Shown: positions 31,423 to 42,722 of the stretch, one piece after another
How the letters are laid out: every line of letters begins with the position of its first letter
How positions within the stretch are numbered: the stretch's first letter is position 1
NCBI GenBank assembly: GCA_965222075.1
Contig: OZ244937.1
Coordinates: forward strand, 608,001 to 672,000
Direction of reading: 5' to 3'
DNA: 64,000 nt
Origin: Candidatus Latescibacterota bacterium
Lineage (GTDB): Bacteria > Latescibacterota > UBA2968 > GCA-2709665
The notes under the pieces: generated by a model
Told to the model about the DNA's origin: nothing
Database searches by the model: none
What the model saw: only the letters and a program-made list of their open reading frames with translations
Translations under genes and position numbers: made by a program

Positions 31423-32376
31423 ATGGTTCAGGAAACGCTTGCTGGTACGCAGCAGAGATGCGAGGTGTGCGGGGCGGATATTTCCGAGGTGCGTCTGAAG
31501 GTGGTGCCAAACGTGCGGACCTGCATCACGTGTCAGAGAAAGCTGGAGAAGAAGCCTGGAGATGGTCATCTGAATCGGTCAGGGGCTTCACGGACAACGG
31601 TTACCCAGAGGTCGGACGCCGAAGCGCGCGATACGCTTCAAGTGGAAGGCAGCCAGGTGGTTGTGGGGCGCTGGTCGGGAAATCTTATGGATCTTGTTGC
31701 GCAGGGCGATGCGCTGCGCAACAAGGTGCGGTCGGGGAAGAAAGGGGAGGCCCGGGCGCTGGTCCGGGGCCTGCCGGTGGAGGCGCAGGCGGCGCTGGTG
31801 GCGATGGGCGAAGATCCGGAGGAGCTGCTATCGCTTACCGGGGTGGACGATTCGGGCGGGCCGGCCTACAGCACGCAGGTGGTGGCGATGCTGCCGTCGG
31901 AGCTGCTGTCGGGGTTAATTTCTATCGATGTGGAGGAGAGGAAGTTCAACACGGAGCTGATCCGGGCGATGTCGCCGGAGGCTTTCCGGCGTACGATGGG
32001 GGCGACGCTGGAGTTGGTGGATAACCCGCGCATGCGCACCCGGGTGTCCTGGGAGTGGCTCCAGGCGCTGGCGACGCTGGATGACTTCAGCCGGAGGGCA
32101 GAGTTGCTGCGCAGCGTGGACCCCGCCCTGCTGGAGGAGGCGCTCTTAGATCGTTTAGCGCATCTGGATCTGCACACGATCTTATCGGCCGGTGAATTCA
32201 GCATTTACCGCTTCCGGCTCTTTTCATCGGAGGGGATCGCCGGAGTCCGTCCCAGCGCCTTTATCGATGATCCGGAAATGGGCGAGGTGCTGGACGCGGT
32301 GTACGAGGCGGTGCCCGACCTGCTGGGCGATATTGTGCGCGTGGCCTGGGAACGCGCTGGTGGGGAGACGGGATGA
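31423..32376 (+). CDS. TraR/DksA C4 zinc-finger domain fused to an uncharacterised helical domain
   Basis: CEVCG..I...RL..VP....CITC at the N-terminus. AAGGAGG RBS. Confidence 0.75.
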   Translation: MVQETLAGTQQRCEVCGADISEVRLKVVPNVRTCITCQRKLEKKPGDGHLNRSGASRTTVTQRSDAEARDTLQVEGSQVVVGRWSGNLMDLVAQGDALRNKVRSGKKGEARALVRGLPVEAQAALVAMGEDPEELLSLTGVDDSGGPAYSTQVVAMLPSELLSGLISIDVEERKFNTELIRAMSPEAFRRTMGATLELVDNPRMRTRVSWEWLQALATLDDFSRRAELLRSVDPALLEEALLDRLAHLDLHTILSAGEFSIYRFRLFSSEGIAGVRPSAFIDDPEMGEVLDAVYEAVPDLLGDIVRVAWERAGGETG

Positions 32377-33296
32377 ACCGGTTAGCGAAGCTGGATCTGG
32401 ACCGCTTGCGGATCGATTCGGAGAGTTTCCTGGGGCAGGCGATTGCGCTTGGCGTCCGCTTCGAGAAGCTGCCCGAGAATGCCCCGGAGGCGATGCTGGC
32501 GTATCTCCAAACGGCGGGTATGACCTTTGCGCAGCGGTACCGGATGGGGATCGGGATTTCTCGTGAGGGGCTCGAGCAGGGGGTGTGGCAGACCCTGGTC
32601 TGTATGGAGCTGGGGCTGGAAGATAGGGCCGGAGGCGATCTGAATGCTGCGGTGGACCTGATTGCCGGAGGCGACTTCGAGGTTTTCCGGAAGCGGGGGT
32701 GGGAGATCGCGTTCTTTCGTTTAGAAGAGATGCGGGAGACCTCTGCGTCGCTGTTGGAGCGTCCCGAGGCCGCGTTTTTGCAGAGGCACCTTAAGGATGC
32801 CGGGCGGTGGGCGCACCTGACGCCCGAGACCTGGACGATTCCTCCGGAGGCCGATGGTGAGGACAAAGAGCGGATTGACCCTTTGAAAGATTACGCCGCG
32901 TTCCGGGAGGTTAAGGCCCGGATGGACTTTCTGCGTTCCCTGCCGCAGGCGGCGTTCCGGGAACTTGGGCGCACCGCAGGAGAGGGCGCGGCGTTTGAAG
33001 ATCTGCTCCGAAACCTGATTCTTTCTCTGACGCTTGACCTGGAGACGTTGACGCCGGATGCGGGACAGGCGGCCGAGTTCCGGTCGCGCTGTTTTAAGGG
33101 CGGAGCGATGCGGCCACAGGCGCGCGAGAAGGTGCTGCGCCTGGTTGAGGACCACCTCAAATCAGCGGTGGACGGTGAGGCTGCCCGCGCGCAGATGCGG
33201 GATGAGGTGGCGGCCGAGCTGTTGGTTCTGGAAGAGGCGTCGGAAGCTGGCATGGAGGCATTTTTTATTCTGGCGGAGGACGCACGGGAACCGTGA
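32373..33296 (+). CDS. Hypothetical protein coupled to the upstream zinc-finger gene
   Basis: ATGA overlap, host-like codon usage, pattern LGLE..AGGD...A..L. Confidence 0.65.
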   Translation: MNRLAKLDLDRLRIDSESFLGQAIALGVRFEKLPENAPEAMLAYLQTAGMTFAQRYRMGIGISREGLEQGVWQTLVCMELGLEDRAGGDLNAAVDLIAGGDFEVFRKRGWEIAFFRLEEMRETSASLLERPEAAFLQRHLKDAGRWAHLTPETWTIPPEADGEDKERIDPLKDYAAFREVKARMDFLRSLPQAAFRELGRTAGEGAAFEDLLRNLILSLTLDLETLTPDAGQAAEFRSRCFKGGAMRPQAREKVLRLVEDHLKSAVDGEAARAQMRDEVAAELLVLEEASEAGMEAFFILAEDAREP

Positions 33297-33357
33297 GGGT
33301 TGAGCATTCGGCCGGATGGGAGGACGATGCCCCCGAGCAGTGGATGGCCTACTATGA

Positions 33358-33567
<210 letters not shown>

Positions 33568-33800
33568 TGACATTCGTCGTGACATTGATCGCTGCCCACA
33601 TCGCGAGGCTTCGTCATTGGAAGAAGTCATCCGCAGGGAGAGACCGGCTGTAGGGCGACGATTTTGGCTGGCACCGACCGTCCGATTGATCCGCGTGACT
33701 TTTTGGCGAAATCTGTTATATTGCCTGTGGCCGGAGAGGAGATCAGGGCGTTTCCAAACGCACAGAGAGAATCAGAAACAGGTAGAGGAAAGGACCGTGT

Positions 33801-34844
33801 ATGACATTCCGAGTGGGTATCATCGGCTGCGGCCGCATGGCGAGTACGATCGAAGACGAGGTGCAGGGTTCCGGGCACAGCGGGTTGGTGCTGCCTTATT
33901 GTCACGCGGGCGGCTATCAGGCGGTGGTGGAGACGGAAATGGTGGCTGCCTGCGATGTTGTGCCCGAAAAGCTCCGGGCATTTCAGGAGCGGTGGAACGT
34001 GCCGAGGGGATACGCTGACTTCCGCGAGTTGATCCACAAAGAGAAACCGGATATTCTCAGCATTACCACCCGCCCGGAGCAGCATGCCGAGGCGATGATT
34101 TACGGGGCCGAACACGGTGTTAAAGGGATGTACGCCGAAAAGCCGCTGTGCTGTTCGCTGGTAGAGGCAGACGCCATCCGGGAGGCGTTTGAGCGCAACG
34201 GGGTTTTCCTGGAATTCGGCCCTATGCGGCGCAACTGGGCGGTTTACCGGCAGGCGCGGGATATTGCCACCAGCGGTGATCTGGGAGCGGTCAGGTCGGT
34301 GCTGGGTTTTTCGGGCAACAGTGTTGGCGGGCATTTCCTGGACACGCTGCTTTTTCTGCTGGGCGACCCGGAGCCGGTTTCAATTCGAGGGACGCTGGGC
34401 GAACTCCATCCGGCAGAGGACGACACGTCCGGTATGCGGTTCGTCAAGGATACGCCGATTCTGTCGGCATTGGTGGAATTCGACACCGGCGCCTGCCTGC
34501 ACGCGGCGGGCACAGGCTTGGGCAGGGAGTATGAACTGGTGTGCGAGGCCGGCATCATCCGCATCCAGAACGATGGGGAGTCGCTCAGTGTGCGCCGGGA
34601 AGAGGAAAGACGACGCGCGTACGATCCCGTTTCCGTAGAACCGGTCACGCCCTGGAGCGGCACAGCGCGCAAGATCTCCGAGCTGGTGGAGGCGATCAAG
34701 ACCGGGAAGCCGGGGGTGAGCAACCTGCGGGCGACGCTGCTGGGAACGGAGATCGGTTTCGGGATTTACGAGTCGCATTTGCGCGGGGGCGTGGCGGTTC
34801 AACCGCCGGTTCCGAACCGGGAGCGGTGGGTGTCGAGCTGGTGA
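33801..34844 (+). CDS. Gfo/Idh/MocA family oxidoreductase
   Basis: Motifs GIIGCGRM and EKP. Confidence 0.9.
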   Translation: MTFRVGIIGCGRMASTIEDEVQGSGHSGLVLPYCHAGGYQAVVETEMVAACDVVPEKLRAFQERWNVPRGYADFRELIHKEKPDILSITTRPEQHAEAMIYGAEHGVKGMYAEKPLCCSLVEADAIREAFERNGVFLEFGPMRRNWAVYRQARDIATSGDLGAVRSVLGFSGNSVGGHFLDTLLFLLGDPEPVSIRGTLGELHPAEDDTSGMRFVKDTPILSALVEFDTGACLHAAGTGLGREYELVCEAGIIRIQNDGESLSVRREEERRRAYDPVSVEPVTPWSGTARKISELVEAIKTGKPGVSNLRATLLGTEIGFGIYESHLRGGVAVQPPVPNRERWVSSW

Positions 34845-34871
34845 GCCCTCACCCCGAAAAGGAGCAGGACG

Positions 34872-36332
34872 ATGAGGATTGTTACAGGGGGGATCAGTCA
34901 CGAGACGAGTACGTTTACGCCGGCGCGCACGACGCTGGAAAGCGCAAAGGAGCGGTTCGGGTACCTGCACGGGACAGAAATACTGGCAAAGTTCCGGGGT
35001 GCGAATACGCCTTTGGGGGGATTTATTGAGGGAGCGGAGGCGCACGGGTTCGAACTGATTCCCACGGCCTTCTGGGAGGCGCATCCGGGTGGGCCGCTTC
35101 CGAGGGATGCGTTTGATGCCATTCTGGATGCGCTGCTTGAGGGCATCGAGGCGGCCGGTGCGGTCGATGGGGTTCTGCTGGAGCTGCACGGGGCTATGGT
35201 GGCCGAGGGGGTTGACGATGGGGAGGGGCATATTCTGGCGGCGGTGCGGGAACTGGTGGGGCCGGAGGTGCCGGTTGTGGGGCAGCTGGATATCCATTCC
35301 AACGTGTCCCACCGGATGGTGGAGGGGGCGGACGTGTTGATCGGGCGGGAGACTTATCCGGAGGTGGATATGGCGCCGCGTGGACGGGAGTGTGCCGATG
35401 TGCTGGCTCGCATGGTGCGAGAGGGGCTGCGTCCGACGATGGCGCTGCACCGGGTTCCCATGGTGTGGGGGCTGAACCAGGTCACGGGACATTCACCCAT
35501 GCGGGAGGCGATTGCCCAACTGCACCGGATCGAGGCGCAGCCCGGGGTGGTGTGCGGTTCGATTGCAACCTGCTATCCCCTGGCCGATGTGCCCGATATG
35601 GGGGCTTCGGTCTACATTGTGACGGACAACGACCAGAGGCTGGCCCAGGCGTATGCGGATGAACTGGGTACGTGGATCTTTGAGCGGCGGGCAGACTGGC
35701 AGGTGGCGATGTCTCCTACCCGCGAGGCGCTGGAGGAGGCAGAGGCCGCAGGACGGTTTCCGGTGGTCCTGGCAGACCGAAACGACAATACCGGAGGCGG
35801 GTCTCCGGGGGACAGCACCGGGCTGCTCCAGGCGTTTGTGGATGCGGACCTGGAGGACGCCTGCGTGCTGTATATCGTCGATCCGGAGGCGGTCGGGCAG
35901 TGCAGGGAGGCCGGTGGGGGGGCGAGGTTGACCCTGGAGGTGGGCGGAAAATCAACGCCGCTGCAGGGGCAACCCGTGCGTATGGACTGCGAGGTTGTCG
36001 CGCTTTCGGACGGGCGCTTTCGGTACGATGGCCCGATGTACGCCGGGCTGGAGGGCAATATGGGGCCTTCCGCCCACGTCCGACAGGGTGGAATTCACGT
36101 TTTGCTGGTGACCCACCGGGAGCAACCCTTTGATACGGCGTTTGCACGGACGCTGGACCTGGACCCGCGCCGGATGCGGTACATCGGGGTGAAGTCGGCG
36201 GCGCATTTCCGGGCCGGGTTCGAGTCATGGGCCGGGACGATCACTGTGGTCGGGGAACCCAGCGTGCACGATGCCGGGAATCTGACCTTTCACCGGCTGG
36301 GGCGGAAGGTGTACCCACTGGACGATATGTAA
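34872..36332 (+). CDS. M81 family metallopeptidase (MlrC-like)
   Basis: Motifs HETSTF, LHGAM, D.H.N, YPEVD, DN.GGG..GD and KSA.HFRA. Confidence 0.9.
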   Translation: MRIVTGGISHETSTFTPARTTLESAKERFGYLHGTEILAKFRGANTPLGGFIEGAEAHGFELIPTAFWEAHPGGPLPRDAFDAILDALLEGIEAAGAVDGVLLELHGAMVAEGVDDGEGHILAAVRELVGPEVPVVGQLDIHSNVSHRMVEGADVLIGRETYPEVDMAPRGRECADVLARMVREGLRPTMALHRVPMVWGLNQVTGHSPMREAIAQLHRIEAQPGVVCGSIATCYPLADVPDMGASVYIVTDNDQRLAQAYADELGTWIFERRADWQVAMSPTREALEEAEAAGRFPVVLADRNDNTGGGSPGDSTGLLQAFVDADLEDACVLYIVDPEAVGQCREAGGGARLTLEVGGKSTPLQGQPVRMDCEVVALSDGRFRYDGPMYAGLEGNMGPSAHVRQGGIHVLLVTHREQPFDTAFARTLDLDPRRMRYIGVKSAAHFRAGFESWAGTITVVGEPSVHDAGNLTFHRLGRKVYPLDDM

Positions 36333-36362
36333 TGCTTGACCGGCTGTGAGGAGAGAGAAGTG

Positions 36363-37337
36363 ATGGAGGCTGACAGGATGCTGTATCTTTCCAGGAAAGA
36401 TGTGGAAGAGATCAATTTGACCATGGATGATATTATCGAGGCCCTCGACCAGATGTTCAAGGAGAAGGGGGCAGGCACGGTCGAAATGCCGCCCAAGCCG
36501 GGGATTCACACGCGGCCGGATGCGTTTATCCATGCGATGCCGGCCTATATTCCAAGCCTTGAAGCGGCCGGAATCAAGTGGATTTCCGGGTATCCCGAAA
36601 ATCAGCAGAAGGGACTGCCCTATATTACCGGACTGCTTGTGCTGAATGACCCGGAGACCGGCGTGCCGATCGCGGTGATGGACGCGATGTGGATTACGGC
36701 CATGCGCACAGGCGCTGCGACGGCGATTGCCGCCAGGTACCTTGCCCGAAAAGAGAGTTCGAGCGTGGGGATTATCGCGTGTGGGGTGCAGGGCAGGGGC
36801 AACCTGGAAGCGCTGTGCTGTCTTTTTGAGATTCAGAGGGTAAAGGCCTACGATATCTATCCGGAGATTGCGGCGCGCTATGCCAGGGAGATGGGGGAGA
36901 AACTCCAGGTTGACATCGAGCCGGTGAAGAACCTGCAGGACGCGGTGAAGGGTCTGGATATGGTGGTGACCAGCGGCCCGATTCTGAAGAATCCCACGCC
37001 GCCGATCGAACCGGGCTGGCTGGCCGAAGGGGCGTTCGCCAGCCCGGTGGATTTTGACGCATACTGGCAGGGAGCGGCGTTTAACGAAGGGGACAAGATC
37101 GCCACAGATGATCTCTCACAGATGGCGTATTACCGGCAGGAGGGATATTTTCAGGAGACGCCCGAGCCGTACGCGGACCTGGGCGAGATCGCTGTTGGAA
37201 AGAAACCGGGACGCGAGTCGGACGGGGAGCGCACCTTCGGCATCAACCTCGGGATTGCCTTAGAAGATATGGCCACGGCTATCCGGATTTACCGGGCGGC
37301 CGTAGAACGGGGGATCGGTACGGAACTTCCACTGTGA
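36363..37337 (+). CDS. Ornithine cyclodeaminase/mu-crystallin family protein
   Basis: Motifs MPPK, HAMPA, ITAMRTGA, GVQG and GIALED. Confidence 0.9.
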   Translation: MEADRMLYLSRKDVEEINLTMDDIIEALDQMFKEKGAGTVEMPPKPGIHTRPDAFIHAMPAYIPSLEAAGIKWISGYPENQQKGLPYITGLLVLNDPETGVPIAVMDAMWITAMRTGAATAIAARYLARKESSSVGIIACGVQGRGNLEALCCLFEIQRVKAYDIYPEIAARYAREMGEKLQVDIEPVKNLQDAVKGLDMVVTSGPILKNPTPPIEPGWLAEGAFASPVDFDAYWQGAAFNEGDKIATDDLSQMAYYRQEGYFQETPEPYADLGEIAVGKKPGRESDGERTFGINLGIALEDMATAIRIYRAAVERGIGTELPL

Positions 37338-37398
37338 ACGCCCCCTCCCCGACACGGGAAGGGGGGCCAGGGGAGTAGGTTGTCTAAGGAGATACACA

Positions 37399-38736
37399 AT
37401 GGTCACTGCGAAAGCCGGTTGGACCGAGATTGACATCACACCGCCGCTGGGCATGCCTATGGGCGGGAGGGGACCGCAGTTTACGCCCGGCGCTTCGGTG
37501 CTGGATCCGCTGATCGCCCAGGCCCTGGTCCTGGAAGACGCCGAAGGCCGGCGCACGCTGTGGATCTCGATGGATATGATCGGCCTGTCGTACACTATGT
37601 CGAGCATGTTTCGGTATGAACTGGCGGCGATGACCGGCATTCCATACGAGGCGATCGTCCTGAACTTCTCGCACACGCACAGCGGGCCGATGACAGGATT
37701 TGAGGGATACGCCACCGAGACGCCCAAACCGGAGGCGCTTCAGGCCTATGAGGCCGGGCTTATTCCCAGAACCGTGCGAATGGCCTGCGAGGCGGTCGAA
37801 AACCTGCAGCCGGTCACGGTTCGACTGCACAGGGGGCAATCGGATATCGGGATCAACCGCCGCAGGCGCAACCAGGCGGGGGAGATGACGATGGGGCCGA
37901 ATCCGGAGGGAGTATACAACCCGGACCTGTGGGTGCTGGATATCGCTGCCGAAGCCTCAGGTGGTCGCTGCGTTGTGTTCTGTTACGGCTGCCACCCGGT
38001 GATTGTGTACGGGTTTGCGTATGACGGCATCTCGGCGGACTATCCCGGTGTGTGCCGCGGCCGGCTTGAAGAGGCACTCGGTCAGGGGACGCACACCCAG
38101 TTCATCCAGGGGCTGGCGGGGAACGTTCGACCGCGTTTGCTGGCCGACCTGGAGACGGGCAGGTTTCAGAAACCGACGCCTGAGGATCCGGTGGCAGTGG
38201 GCGCGCAGCTGGCCGGGGATGTGATCGACGCGCTCAACAGCGAGGGTGAAACGCTGGAACTCGACCTTGCAGCAGCGGCCGGATTTGCCCGGGCCCCGAG
38301 GGATCAGGCAAAGGTCCTTCCCATTGCGCACTGGCAGTCGCTGGCCGAAAGCGAGAACGAAGTGAGCCGCAACCTGGGTCGGTACTGGGTAAATCGCTTT
38401 CGGTCAGGCCTGTCCCCGGTTCAGGTGGTGCCCTGGGGAATTGGACTGGTGCGTCTGACCCGAAAACACAGCGTTGCCTGGCTGGCCGGTGAGGTGCTGG
38501 CCGAGTGGCTGGGGCATTTGAGGGACTGGCTGGAGGATGCGCGCCTCATCGCCTGGGGGTACTGCCAGGACGGCAGGGGGTACATGCCGACGGATGAGAT
38601 CATCCCGGAGGGGGGATACGAGGTGATCCGGTCGAATACGTTCAATAAGACCGGTCCGGGACCGTTTGGTGCGGGGATCAACGAGACGGCGCGGCAGGGT
38701 TTTCTGGGGCTGGCGAGACAGCTTGAGGGGGGGTAA
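37399..38736 (+). CDS. Neutral/alkaline ceramidase-like hydrolase
   Basis: Motifs DITPP, DPL.A.ALVL, SHTHSGP, CHP, SADYPG and Y.P.....EGGYE. Confidence 0.78.
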   Translation: MVTAKAGWTEIDITPPLGMPMGGRGPQFTPGASVLDPLIAQALVLEDAEGRRTLWISMDMIGLSYTMSSMFRYELAAMTGIPYEAIVLNFSHTHSGPMTGFEGYATETPKPEALQAYEAGLIPRTVRMACEAVENLQPVTVRLHRGQSDIGINRRRRNQAGEMTMGPNPEGVYNPDLWVLDIAAEASGGRCVVFCYGCHPVIVYGFAYDGISADYPGVCRGRLEEALGQGTHTQFIQGLAGNVRPRLLADLETGRFQKPTPEDPVAVGAQLAGDVIDALNSEGETLELDLAAAAGFARAPRDQAKVLPIAHWQSLAESENEVSRNLGRYWVNRFRSGLSPVQVVPWGIGLVRLTRKHSVAWLAGEVLAEWLGHLRDWLEDARLIAWGYCQDGRGYMPTDEIIPEGGYEVIRSNTFNKTGPGPFGAGINETARQGFLGLARQLEGG

Positions 38737-38834
38737 GGGGGGGGTGTGAGCCGGAGGCGGGCTCCCCGGGATGGTATGACGGGGCATCACTGGTGGTTGC
38801 TTTTGCGTATTTATGACAAGGAGGAGGATATTCA

Positions 38835-40073
38835 ATGCTGGCAATCGATGGCGGTGAGAAAGTGCGTTCGACCCCGTTTCCAAGACGGCGCCTTTTTGGC
38901 GAGGAGGAGAAGCAGGCCGCTCTGGCCCTGTTTGACGAGAGCATCGAAAGCGGGAATGCATTCGGATATGGAGGACCGGAAGAACAGGCTTACGAACGCG
39001 ATTTTGGGGATTTTATGGGGGGAGGATATGCGGATCTGGTCAATTCGGGGACGTCGGCGCTTTTCGTAGCGCTGCACGCTTTAGAGCTGGAGGTGCCCGG
39101 CGAGGTGGTGGTCCCGCCCATTACCGACCCGGGGGGCGCGATGCCTGTTGCGCTGCTGAATCTGGTGCCGGTGGTGGCCGATGCTGAACCGGGTACGTTT
39201 CATGCAGGTGCGGAGCAGATCGAGGCGGTGTTGACACCCTATACCCGCGCGGTTGTTGTGGCGCATATTGCGGGCGAGCCGGCGGATATGGACCCGATCT
39301 TAGAACTGGCCGGGTCGCGGGGGCTGCCGGTGATTGAGGACTGCGCCCAGGCTCACGGCGCAACTTACAAGGGCAAGACGGTGGGGTCGCTGGGGACGCT
39401 GGGCGTTTTCTCAACGATGAGCGGCAAACACCACGCCACGGGTCCTCAGGGAGGGGTGGTCTTTACCAGAGACGAGGATCTCTACTGGCGGGTTAAACGG
39501 TTTTCCGACCGGGGAAAGCCCTTTAACCTTGAAGGGGACGCTCAGAGCAATGTGAGGGCCAGCCTGAATCTGAACGGCAACGATCTGGCCGCTGCGGTCG
39601 GGCGGGTGCAGCTGCGCAAGCTGGAGGGAATTACACAGCGCCGCCGGAAGGTTGCACAGGGGATCGAGGAGGGGACTGCCCACCTGCAGGCGGTCTCCAT
39701 CGGACGGCAGGCGCCGAATACGGAATCGGTCTACTGGTTCATGCGGTTTCACGTGGATGCCTCGAAGCTGACGGTGGATAAAGACAGGTTCGCAAAGGCC
39801 GTAGCAGCCGAAGGCATCCCGGTAAGCGTCTCTTACCGCCATATCCCTTCGGAAGCGACCTGGTTCCGTGAACGCAAGGTTTTCGGAAACAGCGACTATC
39901 CCTGGGGGCTGCCGGCGTACCAGGGCGACCGCGATGCAACATTTCCCTGTCCCAATGCGGTGGAAGCCGCCGAGACCCATTTTACGATGTCGATCCACGA
40001 GAACTACGGGCCGCAGGAAGTAGAGGATGTGGTCAGGGCGCTGGAGAAGGTGGAGAAGGCGTATTTGAAATAG
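38835..40073 (+). CDS. DegT/DnrJ/EryC1/StrS PLP aminotransferase
   Basis: Motifs NSGTSAL, EDCAQAHGA and S...K...GGV. Confidence 0.9.
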   Translation: MLAIDGGEKVRSTPFPRRRLFGEEEKQAALALFDESIESGNAFGYGGPEEQAYERDFGDFMGGGYADLVNSGTSALFVALHALELEVPGEVVVPPITDPGGAMPVALLNLVPVVADAEPGTFHAGAEQIEAVLTPYTRAVVVAHIAGEPADMDPILELAGSRGLPVIEDCAQAHGATYKGKTVGSLGTLGVFSTMSGKHHATGPQGGVVFTRDEDLYWRVKRFSDRGKPFNLEGDAQSNVRASLNLNGNDLAAAVGRVQLRKLEGITQRRRKVAQGIEEGTAHLQAVSIGRQAPNTESVYWFMRFHVDASKLTVDKDRFAKAVAAEGIPVSVSYRHIPSEATWFRERKVFGNSDYPWGLPAYQGDRDATFPCPNAVEAAETHFTMSIHENYGPQEVEDVVRALEKVEKAYLK

Positions 40074-40119
40074 TTTCGGGTTGAGGTCGGGGGGCGACCC
40101 TCAACTGGAAGGGAGAGAT

Positions 40120-42204
40120 ATGGCTGTGCCAGTGGAAGTAAAAAAGATCAGCACGGTTCTAACGGCTGTTGAGATCTACAAGACCTCGAAGATCCACGAT
40201 CTCTGGATGGGTGACGCCGAGGAGGGGATTCACCTTTTTCGCGGGGATGTGGTGGAGAACGACAGTCCCGGCGCCGGGCGTTCAGACGCAGAAGGCAGGG
40301 AGCCGTTTATCGAGGTCTCCGGATCAATGGTGCTGCGCAAGGCGCTTCGATTGGACAGCCGGCCCGTTGGAGGGGTGCGGATCGCGTTTATCGGACGGGA
40401 GCGGAAGGGGCACGAGGCGACCCTGAGGTTTGCGGTGAACGGGCAGGAGGTTCTGCGGCCGCCTTCGCCTGTTGCCACGCCGGAGGCCCGGCAGTACTGG
40501 GAGCTGGTTTCGGATGAAGGGGCGTGGAGCTGGAGCCGGTGGTACTACGTAGAGGTTCCGCCGGAGGCCCTGAGGGAGGGGGACAATGAGATTAGGGTAC
40601 AGGCTGTTGACGGCCGCCTCGGGTGGAGTTTGATGGTGGCGGATGATCGAGATTTCGAAACGGGGATGCTGGACCCGGTGGTGCTGCCGAAGACCAGCAG
40701 CATCAGCCGGGACGAAGCGTGGGCGCCGGAGCGGGGTGAATACGTGGTGCGCCTGGCCCTGGACGAGTTTCGGGGAAATGGGGAGGTGGTTTCCGCGATT
40801 ATCGACGCCGCCGGTGAAGAGGACACGGCTGTGAAGCGCAGACGCTGCCTGAAGGCGCTGCGCCTTGACCGGGAGACCGGGATGCCGGCGGGGACTGAGA
40901 TTCGGTTTCAGGTTCGCACCGGAGCACGGTCGGTTTACGATGCGAAGCACTGGGGTGAGTGGGCGCCGTGTGACTCCGGGCAGCCCGTAGAAGAGATCGC
41001 AGGGCGCTATGTGCAGTGGAAGGCCGAGTTCTCAACCGAAGATGGATTACAGACGCCGCTGTTGAAGGGTGTGCGTCTGGATGCTGAGGTTGTGGATGAG
41101 GTGAGCGCTCCACTGCGTATTGTGAAGGCGCAGAACGCCCGGATTCTCCGTCCGTCTTATGAATTTGCGCACGAGGACTACGGGTGCGAGATGCTGCAGG
41201 AACTTCGGGAGCGTTTTGAGCTGGAGGCAGTCGTGGCGGGCGCACAGACCGAGTTTGAAAAGATCGAGCGGCTTATGGAATGGGCCTACACTGTCCCGCT
41301 GGGAGACTGTGTCCACTTTCCCTGGAATGTTCTGGACTGGTTGGTGCTGGAGCGCGATGAGCAGGGGGCGATCAGGATGAACGAGTACCGGCAGCGCAGG
41401 AGGGACCGGATGTGTCTTTATCCCAATGTGGTGCTGGTGGCCGCCTGTCTGAGTATGGGCATTCCGGCCCGGCACGTGAACTTCCACAGCGAAGGGATGA
41501 CCGGTCACGAGATTGCCGAGGTCTGGTCCAATGATTATCGAAAGTGGGTGCATTTGGATGCGACCAGAGACTATTACTGGTACGATCCGGCCACGCGGGC
41601 GCCGCTGGATACACTGGAGATCCACCAGGCGCTGGCGGACAGGTTAGAGCAGATCGAGCGCTGGGACCGGCCCTATCTCTTCCGGCAGGATCTGGACGCG
41701 CTGGTGGTGGACCTGCCCATCGCTTTCCGAGAAGGCAGCTACGAATGCTCTGTTGAAGAAGGAGCGTTTTTCCTGTTCCGCTCGTTCTGTCACTTCCGCA
41801 TGGTGCCGCGTACCAATACCTTCAGCCAGGCGCGCCCTCTGCCCGTGAGCCAGGGGACGGAGGTCTGGGCGTGGAACGGGTACCTCAACTGGGCAGACGA
41901 TCAGGTGCCGCCGCTGCTGCATTTCAGCCGTCATACCAACAGGCGGGCGGATTTTTATCCGACGCTGAACCAGACGCGGTACACCATCGAGCAGGGCGAA
42001 GACCCCGGAGCGTTGGAGGTCTGTCTGGAGACGGATACGCCCCGGTTTGCGTGTTACCTGGCCAGGGTGGACAAAGGGGGCTGGGAGGAGCGGCCGGACC
42101 ATTTCCAGTGGCCGCTGCACGAGGGGCTGAATACCCTTCAGGTGCGGTCTCGCAACAGCGCCGGTGTTGAGGGGATTATCAGCAGCGTGGCCGTGGCGGT
42201 CTGA
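40120..42204 (+). CDS. Transglutaminase-like domain protein
   Basis: Cys (MCLY), His (GHEIAEVWSN) and Asp (WVHLDAT) triad. N-terminal region likely beta-rich. Confidence 0.75.
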   Translation: MAVPVEVKKISTVLTAVEIYKTSKIHDLWMGDAEEGIHLFRGDVVENDSPGAGRSDAEGREPFIEVSGSMVLRKALRLDSRPVGGVRIAFIGRERKGHEATLRFAVNGQEVLRPPSPVATPEARQYWELVSDEGAWSWSRWYYVEVPPEALREGDNEIRVQAVDGRLGWSLMVADDRDFETGMLDPVVLPKTSSISRDEAWAPERGEYVVRLALDEFRGNGEVVSAIIDAAGEEDTAVKRRRCLKALRLDRETGMPAGTEIRFQVRTGARSVYDAKHWGEWAPCDSGQPVEEIAGRYVQWKAEFSTEDGLQTPLLKGVRLDAEVVDEVSAPLRIVKAQNARILRPSYEFAHEDYGCEMLQELRERFELEAVVAGAQTEFEKIERLMEWAYTVPLGDCVHFPWNVLDWLVLERDEQGAIRMNEYRQRRRDRMCLYPNVVLVAACLSMGIPARHVNFHSEGMTGHEIAEVWSNDYRKWVHLDATRDYYWYDPATRAPLDTLEIHQALADRLEQIERWDRPYLFRQDLDALVVDLPIAFREGSYECSVEEGAFFLFRSFCHFRMVPRTNTFSQARPLPVSQGTEVWAWNGYLNWADDQVPPLLHFSRHTNRRADFYPTLNQTRYTIEQGEDPGALEVCLETDTPRFACYLARVDKGGWEERPDHFQWPLHEGLNTLQVRSRNSAGVEGIISSVAVAV

Positions 42205-42722
42205 CTCCGCTCGGTAAGATACCCGGGTCCAGCTGTTCTTTTGTTCTTGGCCTTTTTCTTGCTCGCCCAAGAAAAAGGCCCAAAAAGAAGGGCGCCGCTC
42301 AGACGCCGCGGGGGCTGCTTTTCCGCGAACTGCCTTTGTGGTGGAAGCAGGCGTTTCTGCCCTGCGGACCTTTGGGGCGTTTTTGGGCGCAGGTGCTGGG
42401 GGGATCTGCGCGGAAAAGCCCCTTCCCCCCACCCCGAAGGCGGGGGAGGCGAGACGCGGGAGAGGGTGTGTCCGGTTACAGCACAGGTCTGTCAACGCAA
42501 CTCTTTTTATCATTAGATCTGCTGGAGCACGCTGTAGTGCGTCCACAGGTCGATTTTCAGGATCGTTCGAGTTGTGTCTGCCTGTCTATCTCCTCCAGGA
42601 TGTTCAATCCCATTATTTAGATGTCCTTCTCGTGTCTGGGAGAGATGCAGGCGAATCCGGATGTTTATTGCTGTGAACGGTTAAAGCCATCCTCGCCAGG
42701 ATGGTTTTTTAATATCGCCACC

